Assembly (NCBI GenBank): GCA_964016885.1
Contig: OZ024741.1
Location: forward strand, 126,108,001 to 126,172,000
Direction of reading: 5' to 3'
Length of the DNA: 64,000 nucleotides
From: Eledone cirrhosa
Lineage: Eukaryota
Both the position numbers and the translations under genes were made by a program. This document shows, piece by piece, positions 27,006 to 43,720 of the stretch (position 1 is the first letter of the stretch; the number at the start of each line of letters is the position of its first letter). The notes beneath the pieces were generated by a model that worked only from the letters and a program-made list of their open reading frames with translations, was not told the DNA's origin and ran no database searches.

Positions 27006-29129
27006 ATATTTTATTCTTCTCTAGTTTTCACTCTTGTATTTCTAATTTGCATTGCCCCAACTTTTACATTACGGAATTTACACTCTAGTTTCTTTCATGT
27101 ACGTTTCAAACATTATGATACTTACTGTCAGAAGTTGCATATATAGTACCTTAAAGGTAGACGTATTTGTGGGATGCTTAGCAACTTGTACTATAAAACA
27201 AGATGGACTGTACCTGTAATTCAAACGGCAAGTCTTGTCACACACTGTATCATGCTGAATCTCCCTGAGAATTACATTACTTTTATAAGCATATATTTCA
27301 TTCATCTAACAACTGGAACACTTACCGTCATCGAAACTGACGAAGGTCTATCGGTCACTTACCGAAACTGAATTTTTAATCATGGAGTAAAATAAATTGT
27401 AAAAAGCTCTACAGCTAGGATTGTTAATATCACAGCTAACACAATCTCCACTTTCATTAGCAAACACTTGTATATAGTCTGCTTTTAATAAAACAACATT
27501 CTTATCTTGATTTCCATCTTCAGATAATTATTTCCGTATGATTTCATGTTTGGCACCAAGCCATATATAAGGCATTAAGTCAATCTAAAGCGAAAATTCC
27601 TATTACTGTATGGAAATATTATTTTTAAAACTAAACTGTTAGAATATTCTTTCTCAACTTCTTGAAAGATGAGTTTTCTTAATACTAATATTTATTTATT
27701 TATCTCATTTTATTCAAAATTTCTTTTGTTGTTCTCGTCTAACCACAGATCCGAAATTGTTAATATGCAGAAGATAATTTATGGTGTTTTTCAGATGTAA
27801 AAAATAAGATATTTTCTTCAACGCACGCACGATGACATGGCCGAGTAGAACGTCGGATAGAATATTTTGTGATATTCATTTCGTTCCGGCTCTCCGAGTT
27901 CAAATCCCACTGAGCTCAACTTTGCCTTTCATTTTATCGAGATCGTTAAAACATGTAGCAGTTCAGTAGCATTATATATCTGAGTGTGTGGTCTTGATAA
28001 ACGCTCACAAGCGAGAAACAGACTGTCTGTCGGCCGCTCTCTGTTGTTTTTGCCGAGAATAAGTAAGTGACATAGTCACTACTTTAAAACCCATAGCGAA
28101 TGGTCTTCTAAATGTTACTATACATACATTCATGTATAAATCGCTATTTCAGAGCATTATGCACCTTTCAGTGGCCAGGTTACGTATGAACCTGGTGACA
28201 TCATCAGATGTATATTGCATAATAGTTATGTACCAAAGGAATGATGGTTAACACATCACAAGAGGCTTTAAGGAGGAAATGCAGAGAAGAAGAAAACAGA
28301 AGAAAAAAAAGTTTTTTTTTTGTTTTTGACTCATATATGTGTCATGCTAGCCCACCGTTGTCAATTGACGGACAAGAGAAAAGAGCATTCAATACCGAAA
28401 TAGTTTAAATGTTCATTTATTTCACTCTCTTAAATCATTGGTCAACCCAATACCACGGTATAAGGCACGCAAGGTGCCACGCAGTGAGATAATCTGAAAC
28501 CACGTGGATGCAAATCGAACTCGTTTACCACATAACCATACCTTCAGTATTTTTAACAATGCTTCTTTTTAAAAATTCAAAATAGCGGATAATAAAACTG
28601 CTTTAGTTTCCACATCATTTTTATGGAATTCTGGTATTTCTCAATTCCTACTTTATCATTTATTTTTTTGCTAGTTTTAGTATTTGTAATTTCTATGAAA
28701 CATTTAATACACCAATTTGTTTTATACTTATTTATACGTTCCTATCGTTTTATCATCACAATTTTATGCGGAATCAAGCTTCTCTTAGTTTTTAGTAGCC
28801 AGTTATTTGCCATCATACCATTCTTTCGGCACAAGATGTATTTCTTTATGATGAGCCATAAATACTTGTTGGCTCCGTACTGACTGCAACAAACCTGAAT
28901 TTACACACCTTACGATTTATATATACATATTATTTAATCATCAAGTGACTACACGAGCAACATAAATGGCAGACATATTAATGCGTAATACTACATGTAT
29001 TAAAATAATTCTTCGGCGATTCTTAGCTCAGCTCTGAGATCAAATACACGCGAAGACGATTTGCCTCTCGTTCCCTCAAGCAGCCACCTCTGATCAAGCA
29101 TAACTTTGATCGAAGTTAAAGTTAAGTTC

Positions 29130-29390
29130 TAAGCTGAAGGCTCATCAGGCCGGTGCTTGTCCCTGGTTTTCTTGGCGTTAAGCGACTAAGAATACAAGAC
29201 TCTCCCTGGACAGAACGCAGATCTATCGCAGGTTTAACTCCCCAGCTAGCGTTGGTACTGACTCTCAGTTGAGTGTACTGTCGGAACGTAAAATAAAGTG
29301 TTTTGTTCAATAACACAATGCATCTTCCTGTCCAAGAATCGAACCGACGACATTATGATTCTACGTCAAGAATCTTAACTATTAGGCGTT
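29130..29390 (-). mobile_element. tRNA-derived SINE, decayed
   Basis: AAATAAAGTGTTTTGTTCAA core and GAATCGAACC (B box) on the minus strand. Confidence 0.55.
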
Positions 29391-29499
29391 ACAGTATTTT
29401 TATGCTTGGTAGGGAGTTATACCTTTCGGTGTGCAATAAAAAATAACCCCCAAGGCACAATTTTCGAAACCTTTTTCTTTCCCTTCCTCCTCATCGTCC

Positions 29500-29990
29500 A
29501 TTTATTCCTGAGAGTGCCATAGAGGAGAGTCCTCAAACACTCTTTCCAACGGGTTCTGTTAAAAGCAACCATCTCCAATTGACCCAGCTGGATCTCTAAG
29601 CCAGACCATCAAAGCTCATGGATGTTAACCAAACATCTTGCTCGGGGTAAACCCCTGGGTCTCCCCACATTTATTTTGCCCGTAAAATCTATCCAGCGAT
29701 TCTTTCCTGAGACATTCTAACCACATACCCATAATACCGAAGCTGTGATCTCTCAATTCGGAGAAGTAGCGGCTCTAACTAGAGTGACTCTCTGATCTCC
29801 CGCTAGATATAGTCGGAGTTTCCCCAACAAAGTTCTGTGGCTCTGATACCGTAGATCTGAATGGTGGATGGAAACTCCACTATTCAGGTGTGACGCCAGA
29901 AATGACTGCACAGGTGGGAGTAGAGATACTGAAAACCTCCCGGCTGTCAGAATGTGTTATCTTTGAAACCTGAGGAATGAAAACTTGAAG
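29500..29990 (-). pseudogene. Decayed RTE-like LINE 3' fragment
   Basis: Minus-strand translation LLRIERSQLRYYGYVVRMSQERIAG...GRPRG.PRAR, typical of the RTE C-terminus. Confidence 0.6.
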
Positions 29991-30049
29991 GGTAATCTAC
30001 CCGACATATTCGACTATCTTAAAAGCATCATATAAATTGTGAAAGCTTT

Positions 30050-30422
30050 TCATAATTGTTTCTAAATTTGGTATACGGGAAAGTGAAAGTTAACTTCGAC
30101 GGGATTTGAACTCGGAACGTAAGGGCCGTAACTCTATGCTGCAAACATGTTGCTCGCAACTCTACCAATACTGCCAATCCACCGCCCTTGTGAATCCCTT
30201 TCAAAATGATTTCTACTATAGGCACAAGGCCAGCAATTCTGGGAGAGGGGAAAGTCGATTAAATCGACTCCAGTATATCATGGTGCTGTATTTTATCGAC
30301 CCCGTAAGGATGAAAGGCAAAGCTAACCTCGCCGGGATTTGAACTCAGATCATAAAGGGGTGTAACTATATGCTGCAAAGCATGGTGTCCGATGCTCTAG
30401 CGATACTGCCAATCCATCGCAC
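30050..30422 (-). mobile_element. Two tandem tRNA-derived SINEs
   Basis: Reverse complement of the 5786 family, twice. Confidence 0.8.
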
Positions 30423-30697
30423 TTTTCATAATAAAAGCAAATAAATCTCAAATTTTCAAAGTAGCCTAATTTCTAAATAGATTTTGTAGGTTTATTTACA
30501 TTCTTAATCAACTGTGAAGCCTTCTAATTAAGTGGTGAAGAGTTAGTCGGGCCGCTTTGTTTTATCGGTTGTCACATCTGATTCGCACATGACAGATACG
30601 TAGTTCAAATCCCGCAAGGTTTATCTACCTACTCCTTCGACCATTTTATTGGCATTATGTGAATTCAAATTTTTAAAAACTTGTCCTATGTTTTAAA

Positions 30698-33125
<2,428 letters not shown>

Positions 33126-33140
33126 ATATATATATATATA

Positions 33141-33484
33141 TATTGTTATATTTTGGGAGGGTCATGCTGCCAATAAAAACACACGCACCTGTTGGTTTTC
33201 ACTTCAACACACAAAAACAAGATGGTGTAGGATAGAAAAAAGGAGAAACACAAAATAAAAACCTAGTCACTGAGGAGGTTACAGAATGTGTGACGAAAGA
33301 GCTTCGACAATATATGAACAACCATCCGGTTATCCAACCAGCCGTAAATTAATAATAAATTGAAGTGAAAATGAACAGGTGCGTGTGTTTTTATTGGCAA
33401 CATGACCCTTCCAAAGTATAACAATATCTGTTTCAACACACGTTCTTAGATAAGAAATCTAGCGAAACAAATAAAAAAGACGAA

Positions 33485-33485
<1 letters not shown>
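33141..33485 (+). mobile_element. Solo rearranged pseudo-LTR of the 30802 PLE family, with HHR at 33266-33308
   Basis: Sequence similarity to 32780-33110, plus short terminal inverted repeats (33141-33200 vs 33365-33425). Confidence 0.75.
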
Positions 33486-33540
<55 letters not shown>

Positions 33541-33542
<2 letters not shown>

Positions 33543-34625
33543 TAGCAGCAGGACCCGGCGTTGCACGGGGTCGGAAACGTGAAATAGCAACACGCATATG
33601 CAGAGATTGAGGAATGTAGCTGTGTACTTTTTGAATTCCCTTATTCTCAGGCAATGATTATTCATCTACTGGAAACGTAGAACACCAGCAGACCGAATCC
33701 AGTAGTGGCAGTGTCAGTGGGCTGATTGCGGAAATCCCGTATGAGAAAGGAGTAAGTAAGTGTTGTGGGGCGTTGTATGTCGTAAGTCTGTTCACGAATT
33801 ACGTCACGGATGGAGAACACACGTCAGTCTGAAGGAGTGATGTAGTCAATTGTGTGAAAACCAAGTAGGGATGTACATTTAAGTAGGGATATTGAGATGA
33901 CGAAATCAGCGTGGCAACGCAGCTGCAGCAGAAGGGGGTCATAGTGTAATTAGCACAAACGCTGGGCGGCACTGCTTGCACTGCGTTTACACAGCAACAA
34001 AGGTGCGACAAAAGGGGTCACTGCGGAATTAGCACAACCGGTGTCAATAACACGGCAACGTACACAGGGCCCGGATTTGTGCGTGATGAATGCACGAAGC
34101 GTCTACAGGGTGCCGACAAACATTTTAATTTCCTCCTCATTTCCTCAATCCCCCGAAAATGGTCCTGCGTAAGTAAGTGTTGTGTCTTCTGTTGAATAAA
34201 CCAAAGTTTTAACGAAATATTATACGCTACTTACGATGTTTATGTAGCGTTTATATTGAAAATGAAAATGGCATGTCATGCTCAATTCTAATTCGTAAAT
34301 TTTCTAGAAACCATTAGTGGAATCGGAATTTTTTGTCCACAGCAATGCGAGGGGACTAATTAACGTGCGCTGCAAATGTCGAGGAAATCGGCTGGATTAT
34401 CTTTAAGTTACGCCTCAAAAAGCCTAAAAAAGCCTTAAAATTGCGTTTTTTTTTCGCCTAATGCATAAAAAGTAAAATTCTTTTTAGCCCATTGCACTTA
34501 AAAAAATATATGTAACGCATGTGTAAAGTTTGAAAAAAATCGGTTGGGTACTTCTCGAGTTTCAGGGATTTACACAGACAGACAAATTGACAGACATCCT
34601 CTGTTTTATATATATAATATAGAGC
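33541..34625. mobile_element. Non-autonomous Helitron-like element
   Basis: ACTAG...ACCCGGCGTTGCACGGGGT hairpin at one end and (ACAG)n plus TTTTATATATATAA at the other. Inserted in (TA)n. Confidence 0.5.
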
Positions 34626-35087
34626 TATACAATATATATATATTGTTGAATTACCAGTCTGACGAGTAGATCGATGCTGGAGTCGGGTCCATAGTTTCCA
34701 CAGATGATATTGAGCCAATCATCCACGAAACAGGTCAATACACATTAGACATGTAATGAAACATCATCATTTCTTCTGCCTCCTCTTTTCCTTTTTAATA
34801 TGACCGTTAATTGCCTTCACTTGAACGCAAATAAATCTTTACCAAACCAGCGTTATTCACGTAACGTAACCCACTAACCTACCCTAATCTTTACAAATTA
34901 GATACATGCCATATGAGGCATAAATTAAAACGAATCATGTTCTTCAAAACTATACCCAAACACTCCCACTCTAACAACCAGCCCACACAAATTACTGGTA
35001 CAGGGTAATGGATGCTATGAGGCTGCACTCGTCGTATGACGTAGTTTCAAAGCCATTCAGTAAAATAGAAAGAACCAAATGGCGATC

Positions 35088-35175
35088 TATGAGGATCAGC
35101 TGAAAAGTTCAAAGGCTGACCAAGATACTCTCATGGAATGTCCAAATGAAGTTTATTTTTCAACATAGTCCCTGG
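35088..35175. mobile_element. Possible Tc1/mariner terminal fragment
   Basis: TATGAGGATCAGCTGAAAAGTTC...TTTATTTTTCAACATAGTCCC resembles mariner ends. No partner TIR seen. Confidence 0.35.
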
Positions 35176-35229
35176 AAAGAAACAGCCGTTATTAATAGGA
35201 CGATTTGAAATTAATCCATGCAAAGTTTT

Positions 35230-36400
35230 TCTAGTATCTTCCATTTGATGGAGAAGTCTATATTCTTGTCTTTGAGTTTCCATATTATATTTGCCAAATT
35301 GTGGTGTTTCTTTTATTTGGGTATTCCTTTTATTTGTGGTTAAGGAATCGATTTTTAAACCGGCTCTCTGATATACCGACGTATTTCCAGGATTCCTTTT
35401 GGTAGTGTTGATTCGATGAAAAGACCTCCGCTTCGTATATTATCGCTGGGGTGTTGCATTGTTGATCCAGCGAGTATGGCTCAGGTTTTTAACTAGAACA
35501 TTCATATACTTTGGGGTTCTGTTGTTTATGCAGGCGGTGTGATTTCATGTTTCTGGCCCTGGAGTATCTAATTTTGACTGTATAACTGTTAAATATTTGG
35601 TGGCATTTGTGTCCTAGGGGGAAGTGTTTAGCTATGAGGACTAAAAACTTCTTTCCGACAGTAGTTTTGACATTTAAATGGAGAAGAGAAACAGATGTTT
35701 GCTTTATTTCTCCCCCCCCCCCCTATTTGGAGAGTGGCTTGCAGTGTAGAATATATTCTAGGAGAAGCCGCTATAGCGTAAGTCTATATTATAGCAGGGG
35801 TGGGGGTGGGTGTCCTATAAAAAATGGTTTGGTTAGAAGAGAGGCTAGAGATCCGCTTACTAATATTCTTAACTAAATTTTTAAAGACTATAGTAGGATG
35901 GCAGGAGTTCTTGTGTATACATCTATACCAGAGATTCTGGTAATAAAATCCAGGACTTGGCAACGGCAATGAACGACTGACCCATTTGGAGATCAATTGT
36001 TGAGTCCATTTCGGCTGAGGCCGCCGGATGGTGATGTATATATCTAAGGCTTTCACTAGGCTTATGGAAGGGTTTATCAGTCTGTGTACGTAGGTCTAGG
36101 TTGAAGTCTAAGAAGTTAAGACTAGTGAGGTTAGGGTAACGGTGATTTTTAGCACTAGTTCTCTAAACTTAGTGATTAACTCTTTCCTAATGGTTTCAAG
36201 GTCGTGGTCATTTTTATGGCTCGTAAGAGTCAGGCTATCACCAGAGGAAGGCTTGGATAATGAAATCGCATCAAATGACTGCTTTGATGTTCCTATGGGA
36301 TCGTTTGACAGCGCAGGTATTAGCGATTTGGCGGGACTCTTTATCCTGGATACCTCACGCACGAAATTCCCAGATTTCCACACGGATTTATAACGCACGT
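35230..36400 (-). pseudogene. Decayed Penelope-like RT fragment with internal inversion
   Basis: Minus strand gives DLETIRKELITKFRELVLKITV and SCHPTIVFKNLVKNISKRISSLSSN. Plus strand 36275-36400 gives CFDVPMGSFDSAGISDLAGLFILD. Confidence 0.75.
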
Positions 36401-36689
36401 ACCTGGTATGGCGCCGTTGTAGGAACTGGCCTTAATAACTATATTCAAACTCACTCTTCGAATTTAAGTTGCTCTATACCTTGGATATGTCTATCTACCA
36501 ACCACTATTACTACTACTACTACTACTACACATATATGTATGGCCCCGTGACTCCTGATAGAGCCGTAGGGGCACCGTACTGACATTCGGCGTTTCTTGG
36601 GTATTTTAAGCTTGGCGTACCCAATCTCTCTAGAGGCCTGAGTACAGCAGATTTCTTCCAGAGAAAGATAGAAAGTGAGAGAGGAAGAA

Positions 36690-36844
36690 TCGACCCCAGT
36701 ACTACATTGGTATGTTATTTTATCGACCTCGAAAGGTTGAAAGGCAAAATTGAACTTGGTGGGATTTGAACTCAGAGAGCAGAGAGCCGGAACAAATACC
36801 ATAAAGCATTCTATCCGACGTTCTAACGACTCTGCCAATTCGGC

Positions 36845-36848
<4 letters not shown>
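36690..36848 (-). mobile_element. tRNA-derived SINE
   Basis: 5786-like family on the minus strand. Confidence 0.7.
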
Positions 36849-36923
<75 letters not shown>

Positions 36924-36930
36924 GTATATA

Positions 36931-36989
<59 letters not shown>

Positions 36990-37010
36990 GTATATATATA
37001 TGTATATATG

Positions 37011-37166
<156 letters not shown>

Positions 37167-37189
37167 GTATAAAAATCAATACAATATAA

Positions 37190-37267
37190 TTACCTCATTA
37201 CCAGAGGTTTCCCGAATGAGGCGAATACGAAAGAAACGTCTTCATTCGTTCGTCAGACGAGGCAATA
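37190..37267 (-). ncRNA. Type I hammerhead ribozyme (inverted copy of 40962-41039)
   Basis: Same motif. Its single stem I difference turns a G-C pair into G-U. Confidence 0.8.
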
Positions 37268-38011
37268 TAAAACATGGGTAAATACTTAGAAAAACTCATC
37301 AAGAAAATCAAAAAAAGATATAGACAAATGAATTAGAAATTGAAATATATAAAAATCTATCAAGAAATATAGTTAGGTGTGTGTATATGTATGTATATAC
37401 GCTCACAGATGTGCATATATGTATATGCACATATGTATACGTATAGTGAAAAAGTGTGCGTAAATCTAAAATTTAGGGCAAATGTATCTGTATGTACATC
37501 ATAAGTATATGAATATGAAGGCGCGCGCATAAAACGCCTACACACTCGTACACTTAGATGCGGAAGTAAAAGAGGTAAGGGAGTGTAATAATTAAAGGAA
37601 AGTATCAATCTCGATATATTTATAAAAATGTAACAATAAAAAAATGTAACAATAAAATAGAAAGAAAAAATTTTAGAAAGAAAAAATTAAAGAAAAGAAG
37701 ACAAAAAAGGGTACATACATACACAGACACGCATGTCTCACAAAAGAAACGCAAAAATATATATGCTTATACACACACGCGCACTTACACATCCATACGT
37801 TCGATACGTACATACACACACACACACACAACATACTTACACTCACGCATATTGACCTGTTTGCATGCACATGCATAAAAATGAGTAAGTAAAAAAAGGG
37901 GGGGGGGAGAAGAAAAAAGGAACAAAACATAAAACCGAGATGTCAAAAACACGGATATAAAGAAACATACACATACGCATAATATATACATACACACACA
38001 CACACACATAT

Positions 38012-38060
<49 letters not shown>

Positions 38061-40178
38061 CATACACGCACGCGCGCGCACATACGTAGTCACTCATGTA
38101 CATATATAAAAGTATACACACATTAAGGCGTTCAGCCATATTGATACAGGGTGTAAAAAACTTGTGGATAAGTACAAATATAAAATTGTAAGATTGGCTG
38201 CGCAAAAATAAAAAAATAAAAATGAAAAATATATCTGGATTGAAAAACACAAAAGACAAGTGTAATCAGTTAGTGGAGGAAAAAGGGAAGTAAAAAAAGG
38301 GGAAGTAAAAAATGGAAAGTGAATCGGAGAATAAAGGGGGGGGGGGAGGGGTTTGGTGGATGTGAAGTAAAAAAAAAAAAATAAGAATAAAAATAAATGA
38401 AATTATTGACAAGGATAAAAATGAAAGTAAGTCAGAAAGGGTAACTAAAAAGAGAATAATAAGAGTTTATGGAGGATAAGTATCTGAAAGTGTGTTAAGT
38501 TTATATGAGCTGGAAAGCAGGTGTGATTTCATGTGTGGGCAACTGGTGAAAATTTCCGTCTTTGTGTTCAGGCAGGTCATTGGTGATTTTAGATTTTGCA
38601 ATATCCAATATTTTTCATTTATGCAGAGCGTGCATTTTCTTGTTCCTCTAGCATATTCTTTAGATTGGTTCAAAATTGACCAATCTAATTTATATTGGAT
38701 GTCTTGGTCTTTCAAATCCCAAATTCTGCTAGCCAGAGCTGTTGTAAATCTTTTTTCTGGATGTCGAAAGGATGCGACATGTGAGTAATAACGCGTTTTG
38801 AATTTGTCTTGCGTCATACCCACATATCGTTCACTGGTGGCTGGATGGTTGTTGCTGATGGTTGTCACTTTAGCCGCATATACAATGGCTTTGGTGTTGC
38901 ATTTACCTTGTAATGGGCATTCACTTTTGATTCCACAGGAGCAAATTTGATTTTCTCTAGGTGATATTTTGTTGAGGATATAGGACTTAATAGGGGGACC
39001 GCAGGAATAGCTAATTTTAACACAGTTTCTGTTAAAGATCTTATAGTATCTATGTGTTCTAGGGAAATGTTTATCTAGGAGCTCAAGGAATTTTTTGCCT
39101 ACATTAGTTTTAACTGCTAGAGAGTAGGGGGTGTGAACCAGATTATTTTTCTTTTCCTATTTTTATGTTTAATAGAGTTAGTATAGTTAGGTATGTATTT
39201 AATCGGTTCGCTAAAACCGCTATTTTGGAGGGCTTTATTATAGTAGGGGGATGCCTTATTAAAAATAGCTTCTGAGGAAGAGAGGGTGGAGATCCTACGG
39301 CTAATATTAGGGATAAGGTTTTTAAAAACTATAGGTGGATGGCAAGATCCTTTATTTATATATTTTAAGTTTTCATTAGGTTTATGATATGGTTTATAAG
39401 AAGCAGTAGGCAAATCTAGGTTTATATCTAGGAAATCTACGTTGGAAAGGTTAGTGTCAATAGTAATTTTAAGATTAAAACTAGCGAAGGTTTTTATTAA
39501 GTCTTTCCTTAATCTATCTAAGTTATGGCCTATGGTGGTATGGGAAATTATTAGACCATCGTCGCGATAAAGCCCAAAAATATGGGTAGGAAATTTTTCT
39601 TTAAGTGTATGTAAGAGGAATAGGCCGACCAGATCACAAACATCGGCACCAAAGACCTGCCTGAACACAAAGACGGAAATTTTCACCAGTTGCCCACACA
39701 TGAAATCACACCTGCTTTCCAGCTCATATAAACTTAACACACTTTCAGATACTTATCCTCCATAAACTCTTATTATTCTCTTTTTAATTACCCTTTCTGA
39801 CTTACTTTCATTTTTATCCTTGTCAATAATTTCATTTATTTTCATTCTTATTTTTTTATTTTTACTTCACATCCACCAAACCCCTCCCCCCCCTTTATTC
39901 TCCGATTCACTTTCCATTTTTTACTTCCCCTTTTTTTACTTCCCTTTTTCCTCCACTAACTGATTATACTTGTCTTTTGTGTTTTTCAATCCAGATATAT
40001 TTTTCATTTTTATTTTTATTTTTTTATTTTTGCGCAGCCAATCTTACAATTTTATATTTGTACTTACTTATCCACAAATTTTTTACACCCTGTATCAATA
40101 TGGCTGAACGCCTTAATGTGTGTATACTTTTATATATGTACATGAGTGACTACGTAAGTGCGCGCGCGTGCGTGTATG

Positions 40179-40219
<41 letters not shown>

Positions 40220-40961
40220 ATATATGTGTGTGTGTGTGTATGTATATATTATGCGTATGTGTATGTGTCTTTATATCCGTGTTTTTGACATCTCGGTTTT
40301 ATGTTTTGTTCCTCTTTTCTTCCCCCCCCCCTTTTTTTTACTTACTCATTTTTATGCGTGTGCATGCAAACAGGTCAATATGCGTGAGTGTAAGTATGTT
40401 GTGTGTGTGTGTGTATGTACGTATCGAACGTATGGATGTGTAAGTGCGCGTGTGTGTATAAGCATATATATTTTTGCGTTTCTTTTGTGAGACATGCGTG
40501 TCTGTGTATGTATGTACCCTTTTTTGTCTTCTTTTCTTTAATTTTTTCTTTCTAAAATTTTTTCTTTCTATTTTATTGTTACATTTTTTTATTGTTACAT
40601 TTTTATAAATATATCGAGATTGATACTTTCCTTTAATTATTACACTCCCTTACCTCTTTTACTTCCGCATCTAAGTGTACGAGTGTGTAGGCGTTTTATG
40701 CGCGCGCCTTCATATTCATATACTTATGATGTACATACAGATACATTTGCCCTAAATTTTAGATTTACGCACACTTTTTCCCTATACGTATACATATGTG
40801 CATATACATATATGCACATCTGTGAGCGTATATACATACATATACACACACCTAACTATATTTCTTGATAGATTTTTATATATTTCAATTTCTAATTCAT
40901 TTGTCTATATCTTTTTTTGATTTTCTTGATGAGTTTTTCTAAGTATTTACCCATGTTTTAT

Positions 40962-41039
40962 ATTGCCTCGTCTGACGAACGAATGAAGACGTTTCTTTCG
41001 TATTCGCCTCATTCGGGAAACCTCTGGTAATGAGGCAAT
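40962..41039 (+). ncRNA. Type I hammerhead ribozyme with extended stem II
   Basis: AUUGCCUCGU CUGACGA A-CGAAUGA...UCAUUCG-G GAAA CC-UCU-GG UA AUGAGGCAAU. Stem I is 10 bp, cleavage triplet GUA. Confidence 0.85.
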
Positions 41040-41139
41040 TATATTGTATTGATTTTTATACATTAAATTTTGCTCTGATACTTACATAGAGCACTCTTCA
41101 CTTCTATGACCTTTTCTGTTTCCAACGGAAATTTCAATA

Positions 41140-41211
<72 letters not shown>

Positions 41212-41483
41212 TGTATGTATGTATGTATGTATGTTTTGTTCGTTCATTTTCAACTATATATATATAAATAACAAAGAGGGTGTGGTAAGATACCAGGAGG
41301 ATCATAACGCATCAGAGTACTCAATACTTAGGGTAGTAGAGTGGGTAATAGGAAAAGAGTCAGGTCCTCGACGGCTGAGCTCCGGCCGTTTCGACAGTTA
41401 GATCCGAACTAGATCCGGCGTTCGGATCTAGCTGTCGAAACGGCCGTGTATATATATATATATCAGAGCAAACAGCACGTGTA

Positions 41484-41685
41484 TATATATATATCAGAGC
41501 AAACAGCACGGACACTCTATCTCAAAATTATTTTTGAAAAGCATTTAGAAATGCGCAACCGGTAAAAACTTAAAAACTTAAAACCACAACTGAATACTAA
41601 CCCATACAATCACTAATACTCTTTTATTCCTAATTAAACCATTTTTCAACTGTGAACAATTTGTCAGCATTTTCTATTCCGTTTA

Positions 41686-41692
<7 letters not shown>
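41484..41692 (+). repeat. Dispersed repeat, inverse copy at about 55278-55478
   Basis: Near-identical reverse complement. Flanked by (TA)n. Confidence 0.85.
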
Positions 41693-41738
<46 letters not shown>

Positions 41739-42394
41739 TCATACACACACACACAGGCCTCTGCAGTTTCCGCTAACCAAATTTCACTCACAAGGCATTG
41801 GTCAAGCCAAACCTATAACAGCAGACACTTGCCCAAGTTGTCGCACATCAGAACTTAGCTAAGAACCACATAGTTACTAAGTGAAATCCTTACCTACAGA
41901 GCCATGTCTGCGCATATATTTATTTATTTATTTTGTGTCATCGTGAAGAGAAAGTCATTGTCGACGTTGTCAATGTTTTTTTTATACATCAATTGTTTCT
42001 TAAATAGTGTTTGAAACGTTGTTTTAACAATAAACGGATACAATTTGAGATTAACAAACGATGTTAACATTTTAAGTCTTGAGATATTTTTTCTTTTATT
42101 TGTAATAATGAAAAAAAAGATAATAGTTAAAAACTTTAGATGCGTGCGCCAATATCCCTTACAGTAGTGCAGTAACTAACATTGATTTTAACGGGAGATA
42201 ATTACACAAAACACTGATAATTTTTCTGTCATGTTTTGATTCGGAGGTTGGTGGTGGATTGGAGAAAAAACAAAAACAAAAATATAGCTGTTCATAAAAA
42301 ATGATGTGAAATGACAAGGTTATTGCTTTCGTTGCTGTTGTTGGAACTCCGTCGTTTCCGACGACGAGTGTTCCAGTTGTTTGATAAACGTTAC

Positions 42395-43720
42395 AGTGTA
42401 GTTTTGTTATTAACGTGCAAGTGACTGAGCGTTTCAGACACACACACCACCACCACCATGTACTTCTCAGGGGGATTCAGTGTAACACAGTGTGTGACAA
42501 GGCTGGTCTTTTGAATTACAGGTACACTTCAAGTTTTCAAAACTAAGTGGATTCGATCAATATGAAATAATGTGTCTTGCCCAAGGACAACGTGTCACTC
42601 GGTCTGGAAATCGAACTCACAACCTTATGATCATGAACCGAACACTCTAATCAATAAGCCACACATCTTTGCAGAATGAAAAGGTACAATTCAATAAAGG
42701 TTCTTTATCACATCTCTTCTCAGAATCCCCACCCACAAACAAACCTTGTTCGTTAAGACACGATTTGATATCTAGAACCATATTCAGTCTCATTTCTGAG
42801 ATTCAACTTCCGCTCACAAGATAATGGGATTATAGGTGATTGGCAGTAATGGTAATGCTTTCGTGTTGTCCTTTTAATAATGTACTAGAATCGATAATAT
42901 CCCTCTCACCTAAACATAACACCGTCCACATTTTCCTCTCCTTTACAACATCATTTTTAGTTAGATGAAAATCGAAAAAGAAAAGATATGCATATTCCTT
43001 CATGAAAAGGCACTCGTTGAATTTCGTGAGAGTAAAACACGGAAGAAAAATCAACATTATTGTATTTAGTTTCACGTATTCACGTATCTATATTCTGAGT
43101 TCAAATTTAGTCTTGTTCGACTTCACTTTTCATACGTCTGAGGTCAGGATGAGTTTTGTTTTATTTACCTGATACCCTTCTCTCTCTCTACATGCTACCC
43201 ACTTTTTCTAGAAGACATCGCGTTATGTTTTATCAATGTTACGAAGCCGCTCGCAAACAAACGTCAGCATTTGCACAGATGCAACATGGCCGATTGGTTA
43301 AGAAGTTCGCTTTGCAATCATTAGTGTCTGGGTTTGGTTCCACTGCATGGTAACTTGTGCGTTATTTACTATAGCCTCGAGTCAATCCATGCTTTGTGAG
43401 TGAAATTAGGTAGACAGAAACTGTTTGGAAGACCTCAGCTGGCCTGTACCTATAAAGGCCAAACCTACCAAAACTTTGTCACACTGAATCTCCCTGAGAA
43501 TTTTGTTAAGTGTCTGTGGAATAGTCAGCTATTTACACTATAAGAAAAGATAGACCTACCCATCAATCAAAGGACAGTCTAATCACACACATCGTGTTAC
43601 ACCGAATCGTTAAGGTAACGTACACGTGTCTTTGGAATGCTCAGTTCATCACGTTAATTGCATGAACAGGCAGTTCCGTTAATCGAACAACTGCAATGCC
43701 CATCCTTGAAACTGATGGAG
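42395..43720. mobile_element. Cluster of decayed SINEs
   Basis: TGTCTTGCCCAAGGACA core with AATCGAACTC on the minus strand (42395-42665), TGGCCGATTGGTTAAG head (43287), and repeated GTCACACTGAATCTCCCTGAGAA tails. Confidence 0.55.

Noticed and set aside
27334-27377. CTGACGA-AGGT...ACC-GAAAC motif
   Set aside because: Stems I and III are marginal and it is a single copy. Possibly a decayed HHR but unsupported.
28146-28210. Minus-strand CUGAUGA with CCAGGUU/AACCUGG hairpin and GAAA
   Set aside because: G at position 17 and no stem I.
41530-41568. HHR-shaped TTGAAAA-GCATT/AATGC-GCAA-CCGG-TA (also about 55404-55440; similar relic at 50351-50381)
   Set aside because: Several core positions differ from consensus. 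The shape is suggestive but cannot be called a ribozyme.
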